From: Trichosphaerium sp. ATCC 40318
Taxonomy: Eukaryota; Protista; Tubulinea
Length of the DNA: 64,000 nucleotides
Reading direction: 5' to 3'
Assembly: GCA_038496445.1 (NCBI GenBank)
Contig: JALMLS010000268.1
Coordinates: 372,001 to 436,000, forward strand
Each line of letters opens with the position of its first letter. Within the stretch, counting starts at the first letter, position 1. The position numbers were made by a program, and so were the translations under genes. This document shows, piece by piece, positions 51,442 to 62,376 of the stretch. The notes under the pieces were generated by a model. That model worked only from the letters and a program-made list of their open reading frames with translations. It had not been told where the DNA came from and did no database searches.

Positions 51442-52989
51442 CTACCTTGGTGTACCCTTTACTTTATTCTCCCAAGAAAATACCTTATGTGCAGAATTAG
51501 CATACAAGGTTGTATATCCGATACCACCAAAAGCAACATTTGTTACCAAATCAACAGGCATTGGAATAAAATCAATCAAACGCCCTGACGGTTCGAAAAC
51601 ATGAACACCAGCACGTGTATCCAAAGTGTCAACATTATTTCTAGGTCTATTCAAACCAGCATTGACATACAAGTTCCCAAGCGTATCAACAGTCATACCA
51701 TCTCCAGATCTCCCCGGATTAAACCTATGAAACACTGTCTTATTTGTCGCTTCACCTTGTTCAGATAAATCGTAAGAAAGTATAGTACGTTCGCCGCCAG
51801 TACTAGAATTAGTTTCTATAACATAAAGAACAGTATCATCAGGAGATATTACAAGACCATTAGCACGATCAGCGCCATTCACAGGGTCACCATGAATATC
51901 GTCAATAATCTTTGAAATACTCCAAGTATCGTTACTATCTATATCCGTAGGCGGGTCTAGACGGTATACACCACCTGTAGTGACATATCCAGGCGTACTT
52001 GATGCCCGATCAGTAAAGTACAGTCGTCCTTTTTCATCAAAAGTAAGGTCGTTCGGTCTTCCGAGATGTAGTCCGTTGATTTCTTCCGCTATGACTTGAC
52101 GTTCCATTGTATCTATATTATACCTAGAAACAACACCGTCCACTCTGTTAAACTCACAAACGTACAAATACGATGCGGTTAAACCTTTCCTGAACTTGAG
52201 TCCATTTGCGTTGTTAGAGTTTGTCTTCCAAACCGATAGATCTGCTTTATCTTCTGACGAAACATCTTTGATTGTATATATAATACTCCCGTCTACCTCC
52301 GAAAAATATAAAGCATCGTTGTCAGGGTCGTATGTTGGACCTTCGGTCAATGTAATGCCGTTAATACTCATACCATTCACGATTTTAACATTTTGTGTTT
52401 GAGGCTGTAACGTCATTTCTAGCTCCCTTGCTTCAAAGTGATACGTTTGAGTGAGTATAAACGCGTCTATAGGTAACGTTATAGTAACATCAACATTACG
52501 GCAACAAGCCGTATTGGCCAAGATTGGCAAAACAAAAAGAATAAAAATTGACAAAACTGCCAAAAAAGGGAGAAAACCGAAATCGTTTCTTCTTCTTCGT
52601 GTTGACATACTGATATACCCAATAAAAGCAATAGTAAGTGTCAATATCAATATAAAAGGTGTTTTGGATCTCGCACGTGACGTCGCTTGAGGTTCGCACG
52701 TGTCAACGCCTGAAACTTCGTAAATTATTTCTCCCGAATTTATCTGTTTGGTTGTAATGTCTGGAGCGAAGTTACCATATATCGTCGCTGTTAGATCGAA
52801 ATCTGTAGAGTCTACAGGCACTGGAGCAATTATAATATTTCCAAAAGGGTTTAAAACACGCAAGGATGATAGGCCAAATAAAGGGATCGTCTTAGTGTTT
52901 GTTTTCGAAGTGGTAGCACATGGGAGACCAAACACATAGCAGAACGCCAGGATTAAACAAACAAGATGTTTGACGCTTATGAGATACAT
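51442..52989 (-). CDS. Intronless SMP-30/gluconolactonase-family beta-propeller with signal peptide and two TM helices
   Basis: LTEGPTY, LYFSEV, ANGLKF, RPNDLTFDEKGRLYFTD, RANGLVISPDDTVLYV, GDGMTVDTLGNLYV and VTNVAFGG. Confidence 0.92.
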   Translation of the reverse strand: MYLISVKHLVCLILAFCYVFGLPCATTSKTNTKTIPLFGLSSLRVLNPFGNIIIAPVPVDSTDFDLTATIYGNFAPDITTKQINSGEIIYEVSGVDTCEPQATSRARSKTPFILILTLTIAFIGYISMSTRRRRNDFGFLPFLAVLSIFILFVLPILANTACCRNVDVTITLPIDAFILTQTYHFEARELEMTLQPQTQNVKIVNGMSINGITLTEGPTYDPDNDALYFSEVDGSIIYTIKDVSSEDKADLSVWKTNSNNANGLKFRKGLTASYLYVCEFNRVDGVVSRYNIDTMERQVIAEEINGLHLGRPNDLTFDEKGRLYFTDRASSTPGYVTTGGVYRLDPPTDIDSNDTWSISKIIDDIHGDPVNGADRANGLVISPDDTVLYVIETNSSTGGERTILSYDLSEQGEATNKTVFHRFNPGRSGDGMTVDTLGNLYVNAGLNRPRNNVDTLDTRAGVHVFEPSGRLIDFIPMPVDLVTNVAFGGIGYTTLYANSAHKVFSWENKVKGTPR

Positions 52990-53239
52990 GAAATGATGTA
53001 TGGGTTTACGTTAGGTTCCGTTCTTGGTGTTGTGGTCAAATCATTTCTAACACGGCGATTTTGGTCCTAAAAAAACGAGATGTTGGAAGGTGTTAATGTG
53101 TGCACTTTCAACGCAGAAACGTTTTCTAAATTCAACTGCCTCTCTAACCAGGCCGCAATCAACACTCACTACAACACTGCACTCGAAAGGAACGGTATTT
53201 GGATGACTTGGTACCCTTCTGTGTAGCTAAAGAGAAGTA

Positions 53240-54099
53240 TTAAGATAGTGATGAAGAGAAATGGTCAGCCCAAGCAGTGGTATGAGACTGGAGAACTCAT
53301 GTTCCTGTATATCTCGACGACAAGAGGAATAGCATGTTAAAGGGATGGTATACGAACTGACGATTGAAGGGCGAAGTTATGTATGTTAATGGCATCAAAC
53401 ACGGTAAGGAAGAGAGGTGGTATGATACTTGGACAGCTTAGTCTACAAAGTACATGGACTGATGGCAAACAAATTGGTGTTCAGAAGTAGTGGGATAAGT
53501 ATGGCCATGCTAAGGCCCAGTGTATTTATGTTAATGAAGAAAAGCATGGTGAAAAAAGCAGTTGGTGGCGAATAGACAAAGTAATGTATGTTATTGGCGA
53601 AAGGAATGGGAGACACAGCATGATAATTGGTATTCCAAGGTATGTATGCTGATGGTAAAAAATGGAGAGTGTTTGGAATGGAGTGAAAACGGACAATTGA
53701 TTGCTTGTACCACACTTAACGATGATAAAAACAATGAAGGACAGCCACAGTAGTATGGGAGTGGACAAATTAAGAAACAAGACATGTGGGTTGAAGGTAA
53801 ACGAGAGGGGCTGGTCCAATGGCGGCATCAAAATGGACAACTTAAACTCCAATATGATTACAGATGAAAAGAGAAATGGTGAGGTGAGGAAGTGGTATGA
53901 GAATGGACAAGTTAAGCTCCAATATATGGTTTCAAAAGATAAGCGCACCGGTGAGGTAAGGGTGTGGTATGAGAACGGACAGTTGAAGAGGCAACTAAAC
54001 TATGTTGATGGTAAAAAGAAATGGCATCATGGACAACTTCGATCTTGGCGCTGTGCTACCGTGCAACCACTCGGCGTGATTGACAGTGTAGGAAAATAG
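53240..54099 (+). pseudogene. Decayed MORN-variant repeat gene, related to 37660-38337
   Basis: WYETGEL, WYTN*RLK, NGIKHGKEERWYD, WSENGQL and RNGEVRKWYENGQVK units lie in several frames with in-frame stops and no splice signals. Confidence 0.75.
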
Positions 54100-54197
54100 C
54101 ACTGATAATAAACCACGCTACTGGTGATGGTACTAATAAACATTAAGCTAATAGCAAAAAAATATTATTGGCGCCTTATTATTTATCATTTGATCTA

Positions 54198-57139
54198 CTA
54201 AAAAAGGATACATCCTCCTGCATTAGCTAAAAATTCCTTTTTTTTTCTTGTTTTCCTTGCTACAACGCAATTTTCATAAACCAATGTTCGTCTTATCGGC
54301 TTAAGAGCCCACCACTCCACCCTACGCCAACAAATATGTGTTACGGTGAATACTCGACGCTGTTTTACTTGGTGTTTATACAAGCACCCTATTGTTTATG
54401 TATCTTTCCCTTTTGGTGGGATTTCAAAACCTTCCCCAAGAGTTGTACATTGTTAGTTTATTTTATTTAGATACACTTCTTAGAGATTACATTTGTGACT
54501 ACTGGGTTGCTACAATATGCTCTCCACCATTCTACAATAACATGAGAGCGCACTCCTTTCCACCTTACATTATATGGTAAAGATCTTATGTCAAAGACAG
54601 CCATCCTGACATTACCCAAATCGTTTAAATGATTGGCACCTTTGAAGAAAATGTTCGCAGAGTATTTAGGATGTATTCTGTGTTCCGATGTTGATGTGTA
54701 CCAGTCATGAAATATTGTATTAAAGAAATCAATAGAAGAGTCTTGGGTACTCTTTAACGACTTTTCTAAAGTTATAAGACGATCCATAATCTTAAGGTCA
54801 GGGCGGATAAGAAAAAGCTAAAAAGAAAAAAAGTGAGATTTGATATAATTTAGGTATCCTTTTGCTGACCTTGTTGGAGAACCTGTCTGGTGGTATTGTA
54901 TCAGGAGCTGCTGAAAATGGCTTGTACATATGAAATAATTCGTCGACATTTGTCAATGGTACAGTGAGAGGGTCTAAATAAGCCACAAGATTGTATTCTT
55001 TGATTCCCCATATCTTAATTTGTGTATTTTGTAAATCCGACAAACTCTCATCTATGACTACTTCTGTTGCCCTATCTTTTAAGCAATCTATAATGTCTGA
55101 ATCAATATCATATCCAGCCAATACAATAATATCATACATGGTGTTGTGAAGGCTTAAAAAAACCGTTAAAATTTTACCAACCAAACAACACTTAGTTTTT
55201 CAATTAACAAGAAGAAGTGAACTAAAACCGAACCCAGAAAACTGGGAATAGCCTCCTCTAGTTCACAAGAAATAACCAGTTGCAAATCACTTACATTAAG
55301 GCATTTACTAGACCTACAGCAGCCAATGCATCTATAAGAATAAAATGAGAATTGCATTATATACAAAAGAGTCTTTGTTGCGTTACCTCTATCGCTTGTT
55401 ACTATGGTTACCCAAGCAAAGTTTTTTTTCAATGGAAGAGCCTTGAATTTTCTTCTTCTCACTGATTTTGGCGATAAATGCAACCTGGGAAACAATTATG
55501 CATTAATAGGTACACCACTTTTTCATGTTATTTTAAATATCTTCAGAACACGTGCCTGGTAGTAGGGTATGTACCTACTGCTTTTGTAACCTCTCTCAAT
55601 ATCTCTGGTCTTATATTTGGTTCTATTTCAGGTCGTGGTAGAGGCATACCAACAGCGAAACTCCACCAAGCAGAAACTTAAACAGAACTCAAAAAAGTTG
55701 TATTTGATAATCATTTATTGCGTACTTAGTGGATCCTCTGACAGCTTCTTCTTTTTCCACGGTTTACCTAATTCGTCGTTATAACGGTGCTTTTTGGGGG
55801 AAAGTGTACATACTCCAGGGGTTCGCAAAATGAACAAGAAGTGCTTGATCAATTAGTACTTTTCGCAGTTTATTCCAATTTTGAGGAGGGTTGTACTTCT
55901 TCGGAAGATACACAATAGTGTTCTATTTCAATTTCATTAGTAGACCTTATTTATTTCGATGTACTCACCAAAGATACTGGTAATCGATGTCTCTCTGATT
56001 GAAGAAACCAATCATGGAAGTACTCATTGAAAAACCTATAATCACAAAATTAATAAAATACCAAAAGCAACAGTTGTATTTTTTACCCTTGATCGCCTCT
56101 ATTATAAGACACAAAAGAATTCACCATAGAAAGCATATGCTTGTATGTAGACATCTTGTATATATATAAAGTTAGTAATCACTTGTGATTATAACCGAGA
56201 AATTACCCTGGGCTGTAACAACATAACGCCACTGTTAAACCTAAAGAATGCTTTGTTTAGTTCTGCTTAGATATACATTACTTGTAATACCTGTGGCTTG
56301 TGTATATATCTGGAGCTGCTGCAAAATCGCTGTACTCGTAGAATACACTGCAGGTGAGTGAATAATATAAGTACATCGTTACAGTATGGCAGGAAATCAA
56401 CTATGTCGTACAAATCTAAACTAGCTCTGGGGAGTACATCTATATCCAAGAAAACCAATTTTGAAAACTGAGTCTGCGACCAAGCATGTATCTTCGCATA
56501 TGTTAACCTTCTGTATGGATTTGATATTCCCTTCAGTACTCAGGAGTTAAGAAAAAATCATTCAACTGAGTGAGAGGAGTAATCAACAGAAAAACTTTTG
56601 CAAAAAGGATATCTGGAATAATTTGGCCAAACATAGTTCTACCAAAGGCGTTATATCAACTGTTTAATACAATTACGCACGTGCATGTTATGCAATCGTC
56701 GAAACGAGACATTGCAGCAGGAAGTACCATAACGACAAGAGGAAAAGAACAACCACGTGTTTTTAAGGCTCTGGACAACGCCTACAGACTGATATTAACA
56801 TCTATTAACGTTTTAAAGGCGTCCCTACCTTGACAGCGTACCAAGACGCCAAAGACGAATCTGCGCACGTGTTAGCTAATAAAAGACCACGTGGACGTAC
56901 CACCAAGTAATGCTAGGCGATTGTAAGCAATCTGAATACCCACAGTCGCCCAGGAATTGACTACGTCGCTGAAAGTATTGAAACCACGCACTTATGTAGG
57001 CATAGTTATCTTTATGAGGTACTAGGCTCTGTTCAGGTACTTTACTCATATTTGATGTGTAATGTTGGTTTAAATGCGTATTAAGTGCTACCAAGCATGC
57101 AAGCGATAAGATCATAATAGATATAACGAGATGCTCCAT
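54198..57139 (-). CDS. Type II membrane glycosyltransferase with two tandem GT8 (glycogenin/GUX/IPUT1-like) domains
   Basis: N-terminal TM. Domain 1: YAKIHAWSQTQFSKLVFLDID, FNSGVMLLQP, GDQGFFNEYF, LVHF..KPW. Domain 2: FAWVTIVT, IKIWGIKEYNLVAYLDP..NVDELF, SAAPD. Confidence 0.85.
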
Positions 57140-57220
57140 TCTTGCGCATGTAAGTAAACTTAATAAAATAATATTTTAAGTCAACATTTATTTTAGTTGA
57201 AAATGTACAAGTTTTCTGGC

Positions 57221-58278
57221 TTACAACAACCCCTTCTCTACTGATCAGCAGCTACTCGGTATTTTAGTGTTTGGATGTGGTAATAACCTAAGTACCTGCA
57301 GCCTCTACCATGGCCTTAAGCCTGTTTGTACGTGCAACTTCAAGTGGCGTTTTCTTGCTTTTGTCTAAGCTGTCTACAAAAGCGCCATTCTTTACTAGAA
57401 GTACAGCAAGGTCGCCATGTCCTTCATAGCAAGCTATGTGAAGAGGTGTCTAGCGTGCGTAAAACTTAGAAAAATATGAGCTTAAATGTCCACTACCTGG
57501 CCTTGCGCATCCTTTGAGTTTATCTTTACATCCTTTTCTAACAGCATACGGGCTATTGTCTCCTTTCCAGACACAGCAAGTCTAAAAAAAACGAAAACGT
57601 CAAAAGAAGAAGAAAGTAGGCTACAGTGAGCCAAATGTTTACCTGTGTAAAGGTGTAACACGTTGTTTATCAGCAATGTTTACTTTAGCGCCTTCATCGA
57701 GGAGAAAACGTGCAATGTCTTCATGTCCTCTACTACACGCGTAGAAGAGTGCAGTTCTACAAAAAATTTGGGTGTCAGTTTTTTCTTACAACTCCAAAAA
57801 GTTAGAAGTGCTCACCTGTTGTCTGCCGTTGCGTCATTTACGTTTGCGCCTTTACCAAGAAGAAGTCTAATAGAAGAAGTGAGTAATTTTTCGTGTTTTG
57901 TTCAATTTGGACGTTGAGATGTTTCATAATAACGTTGTTATGTTTGTTTTGAATGACGTACTTTACTGCTAGCGTGTGTCCAGCACTGGAAGCTGAAATT
58001 AGTGGTGTCCATTCTGTCAGTTATTAGATTACTGAAAATACGCTTATTACGCTACCTGATGAGTCCTTAGTGTTTACTTGGGCGTTTTTATCTAATAGAA
58101 ACTCTATTACGTTTGTTTTGCCGTTAGCAGCAGCCCAGTGCATTGCTGTACGCCCGTCACTATCTTTCTGGTCGATTGTCGCTTTTTTGTTTTCAAGAGC
58201 TTGCTGGACGCCGTTTACGTCTCCATTCGTGGCACAGTTCCATATTCCTTGCTTGTCAATGTTAAATAAATCAGACAT
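57221..58278 (-). CDS. PSMD10: Gankyrin/Nas6-like 26S proteasome assembly chaperone (ankyrin repeats)
   Basis: DSDGRTAMHWAA, WTPLISASSAGH, LLGKGANVN, DAQGQTPLHIAC and KKTPLEVA are collinear with gankyrin. Confidence 0.75.
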
Positions 58279-59062
58279 GTTGTACTGGTTGCGATTTTTT
58301 GTTTTGGAAAGCATTGAAACACATGGACCGCGGCTCTTGAGCGTAGAGCAACAGATTGCCTTCTACAATAAGCGAACAAACAGATGCACGTATTGGATTC
58401 TATCGGCACTTTGACACGACCTTAGATTTGTTAGTTGAAAACGAACGTAACCTTCTCCGCAGCTTATCAATCACCCATACTGGCCAACACGTGGGATATC
58501 GGAAAATACCACACTCCGTCACACTTTCGACCTCAACGAAAAAAGAAAGCTAGGAATGACTTATAAGCGGAATAACTAATATGGCCGTAGTACTACAGAC
58601 TCGTTTCTTAGTGTCTATTGTAGCCGTAGATATTGTACAACCATTTGGAAAGCTAAGAAAGTGTAAATAACGTTGGTACTTCGGTTAACATCTATTGAAA
58701 ACGAGCGCAGCTTAATAGTTACGTTATGATCGCGATACCAGTCACGTGCTTAGTGTTATACATTGCTATCACGCAGCAAAGTTGGAGGTAACTCTTGTAA
58801 AGCAAAACAACTATTTTGTTGTTCGTATAATCCTAAAAATATATCACGTGATCATTTAAATAAGCTCAAACAGATGCTTGTAAAGAAAGACCTTTTGAAG
58901 TTGAAATTACACGATTCACGAAGTAGTAAAAACGTGTACTATTCTATTCACGCGTGATATCAATTTTACGAAAGAGTAGAAATACATATTTTTATTCAAG
59001 TTTTTTTTTGTTAGTTTCAGTTTTGACGGTCGTATTTGTACACTGTTCCAAAGAATTTTTTT

Positions 59063-60240
59063 TTACAGTTTAGAAGCCCATAGAACAGACTCCAATTGAA
59101 GTTGTAACTCGGGCGTTTGAAGAGGTAGAACATCTACCATACCATTACAAGTCCAAGTCCAAAAGAGACATGGGTTCGTTTCTAAGAAGGCAGTTACTGC
59201 GTTAACGACATTTTTCCACACTTCTAGCTCATCTTTTCGAATCTTAAACCTCCACTGTTTTCCCCGTCGCCTGTGATCTAACATTTCAACCCATCTAAAT
59301 AGTTATGTAAGACAAAAGGGATATTCTACTTTACGCGCTACAAAATCAAAAACCGCAAAAAAAAATTTTAACTAAAACGAGAGCAATTTTTACCTTCCCA
59401 TAGCCTTATATGTACTATAATCATCCTTGGCCTTCTTGGGCTTTTGTATAGTGAACACAGAGAACGCCAACATGAATAAATCGTGGTTTCTAAAGCGAAC
59501 ACAACGTCAGAAAATTAACTTTTAGTCAAAAACTACCAAGAAGGAGAAAATACAAAGAGCGTGGCGTTAATACACGTGATTTCTTTTTTAAACGAAGTGG
59601 ATCTTATAACGGTCTTTGACGTACGTGACGCAATAGAAGTAACCTGAATTATCCCACTTGAGCGTAACGCCAAGACCAAGCTTTGTAACCAAACACAAAG
59701 CATATAATATCGGTCGTGTACTCTTACCAAACCATTCGCAATGACAGTCCCAGTGAGAAATAGAAAACATGCTCCATGGATTCTACTTATTTGTGAATAA
59801 AAACCGGTTTCAAAACGTCGGGTTTCGAAAAGAATTTCAACAAAAAAGTAATTTCTTCATCTGACGCCTCTTAAATAAACGTGTAGCGCTTTTTTTGTAT
59901 ATTTATACGTACAACACCGTTTCTTCCTCTTTTTTGAGCATTTGATATAGTTCTAGGTTGAGTTTTTGTTATTTCAACAGGTGCCGTGTACTCTTGAGAT
60001 TGATTGTTAGGATACCACCCAAAATTGAGCTCCCTAAAGCTCGTTGAGATTGCTTCTTTACTAAACCATTAAACGTGAGGATCGACGTACCTCAAACGCT
60101 CTAAATCTATACCGTCTACATTTAATAATGCGGAAGGAGCGTAATCATGCCATTTGAAATTGCGGTTGAGGTGTTCTTCACGTAACATTGTTTGTTTTTG
60201 AATATTCGGAACACTCAATTGCTTTGTGTGGCACCACACA
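59063..60240 (-). CDS. Hypothetical multi-exon protein
   Basis: Several exons join in frame (..YFYCVT|NHDLFMLAF..KAMGR|WVEMLDHRRRGKQW..WASKL*); the 5' structure is uncertain. Confidence 0.35.
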
Positions 60241-60370
60241 AGTTAAAATGCGAACTATTCATTCTGCAAAGTAACACATGGTTTTTAAAAAATAAGCATG
60301 CTACCACACGTGTGTATGAAAAGACACCTGAGGTAGTTTTTTTCCATCACATTTTTTTTTTTTGAAAAAG

Positions 60371-60510
60371 AAAAAAAAAAACCCTGGGAGGATTGCACCA
60401 GGGCCCTGAAAGAAATGTCGGCAACCTGCGGCACTACGTCACGTTACGTTGTATATACTCTTTTGTAAATATTGTGTAGATATTACCCGCCTGTGTCCTC
60501 AGCGGGCAAT
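60371..60510 (-). ncRNA. Candidate structured small RNA (GC-rich hairpins ending in a T-run)
   Basis: Minus strand: stem ATTGCCCGC/GCGGGTAAT and terminal stem CCCTGG/CCAGGG directly followed by 10 or more T. Confidence 0.25.
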
Positions 60511-62376
60511 TGTTTTGTGCGGTAAACAACAATACAATTTTTGTAATAATAATAATCAGGGAACAAGAAGCTTTTGTAAAAGGCTAGTTTCGCCTTATCT
60601 ATTATAAATAGGTTTAGTTCTAGAAGATGTGTTCATTTCTAGTTCAGTTTCAATAATGGGCTTTGGGATGTCTAAGAAAAACGACATGTGTGCTTAGTTT
60701 CCGCGTTCCTTCATAATGTTATGTGAATACTCGTTTATTTGGTGCTTTATACAGAAAAACAAACAAAGGAAGAAAATTGTTTCCTTTTTGATTTGAGATT
60801 GTTAAGAATAGAACACATCCGGATTTTTAACGACCAAAATCCTCCATATGACACCATATTTTCATATACTCTCGTCACCTTGCACCTTTTTTTAGAGTAT
60901 TTCTAATGAGAGACAAAACCGCTTTTTTAAAACTACTGTATTGCTCGTCGTTTGCACTAAGCTTTTTTTAGGTTGTTTATGCGAGTCCATCTGGTGATTG
61001 TAACTTCGAAACCTCACGCTTTTGCAAGGCAGACAGGCATCAAACTACACAATCACACATCGTTGAACATCCGGTTTGAAAGCGTTCATCAGAAGAGTAG
61101 ATACAAGCAAGATGAAGGTTGGTGAACATGTAGTTTTTTGACACAAAGGGATCAGTAGTTCGGAGACTACAAAGGCAAGCACTCGCTGTATATTAGGCAG
61201 CATACTTTACCTATTTTTTTAACAATATTTTTAGGTCATCATCAAAAGACACCTTTCTCTGGAGAGTGGAGTGTCCGTCAACACCAATCATTTTTTTATC
61301 AAAAAACGAGCCTGTATACCGCCAACCTCGCCATTGGTTTCTAATGACTCAACTATCACGTTGCGGCGCTTTGCAGTTGTTTTTCTCACATACGAACACA
61401 AGTGTACAAAAAGTTCAAAAATACGACTGGCGTGTATGTAGTCAGCTGGCATACGGCTGTGCCATTATGTCTAGGAGGTTGTCGTCTTATTTTTTTGCTA
61501 CTGATGATTGGACGAGTATGCAGTTACGTATCTGAGCCGCAGATGTCTCGTGATACTCATTAGGCAAACATATTCTAAGATTATTGTAGATGTTTGATTA
61601 TTCATCCTAATGGTTCATCAAATAAGCTGGTGCTTACGTCAACGTCATAGACAACGCGCTATATTACTATCTATGCATACAAACTATACTTCATTCAAGC
61701 CAAGCGCCGGAATACGGAGTAGAGCGGACGCAAAGTCGGCAGAAGGATACGATAAGCTTATTCAGACATTGACTATGTCACAAAACCAACAACAAGGTTA
61801 TAACCTCGCGCTTTCTTAGACGATGCGAAAATAATACTGAAGGACATTAATGGGTGTAATGGGTATACTGTAACCCCATGCAATACGCTAAACAGTCACT
61901 TTAAAACAAGCGCGAACACCAACAGTGAACTTTTCAGGCAATCCAACTATATGATGACACTAACGCTACCAAGTAGTTCACAGCCACGAGACAAGGAGTA
62001 AAAGAGTAAGTATTAAACTCCTGTGCGTAAGTTCGTTTTTGTGTAGGTTTCCGTGATAGTATTGGTCGCGACATGAGCTTTGTTGTTCTATGGCAGGACA
62101 ATGAGGTCTTACATAGATAGGAACAAGGGGTATAAAGAAGTGATTTGGTAATGGGCAAATTAATACCCCTAACGTTTTTACGGTCACGTGTTGCGAATAG
62201 GCACGTTTATATTGTCAGTACCTTTAAGATAATCGAACCGTAAAGCGGGTATATGTTTTTTGTTCACTAACTTCTACATTTGTGATTATGTTGAAAATAA
62301 AACAAATAAATGCAGGATTACGATTTTACAATCTCCATGTTATTAGTATTTGACAAAATAAAAATGTGGCGTCAGG

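Noticed and set aside
37582-54150. Integrated giant-virus genome segment
   Set aside because: No viral core genes; the virus-like genes are scattered among intron-rich host genes.
60382-60510. U1/U2 snRNA (ATTGCAC loop) or hammerhead ribozyme (CTGAGGA)
   Set aside because: No U1 ACTTACCTG or U2 GTAGTA context and no Sm site; the hammerhead GAAA and stems are missing.
60900-62200. Short ORFs and splice-like signals
   Set aside because: No consistent frame or domain could be assembled.
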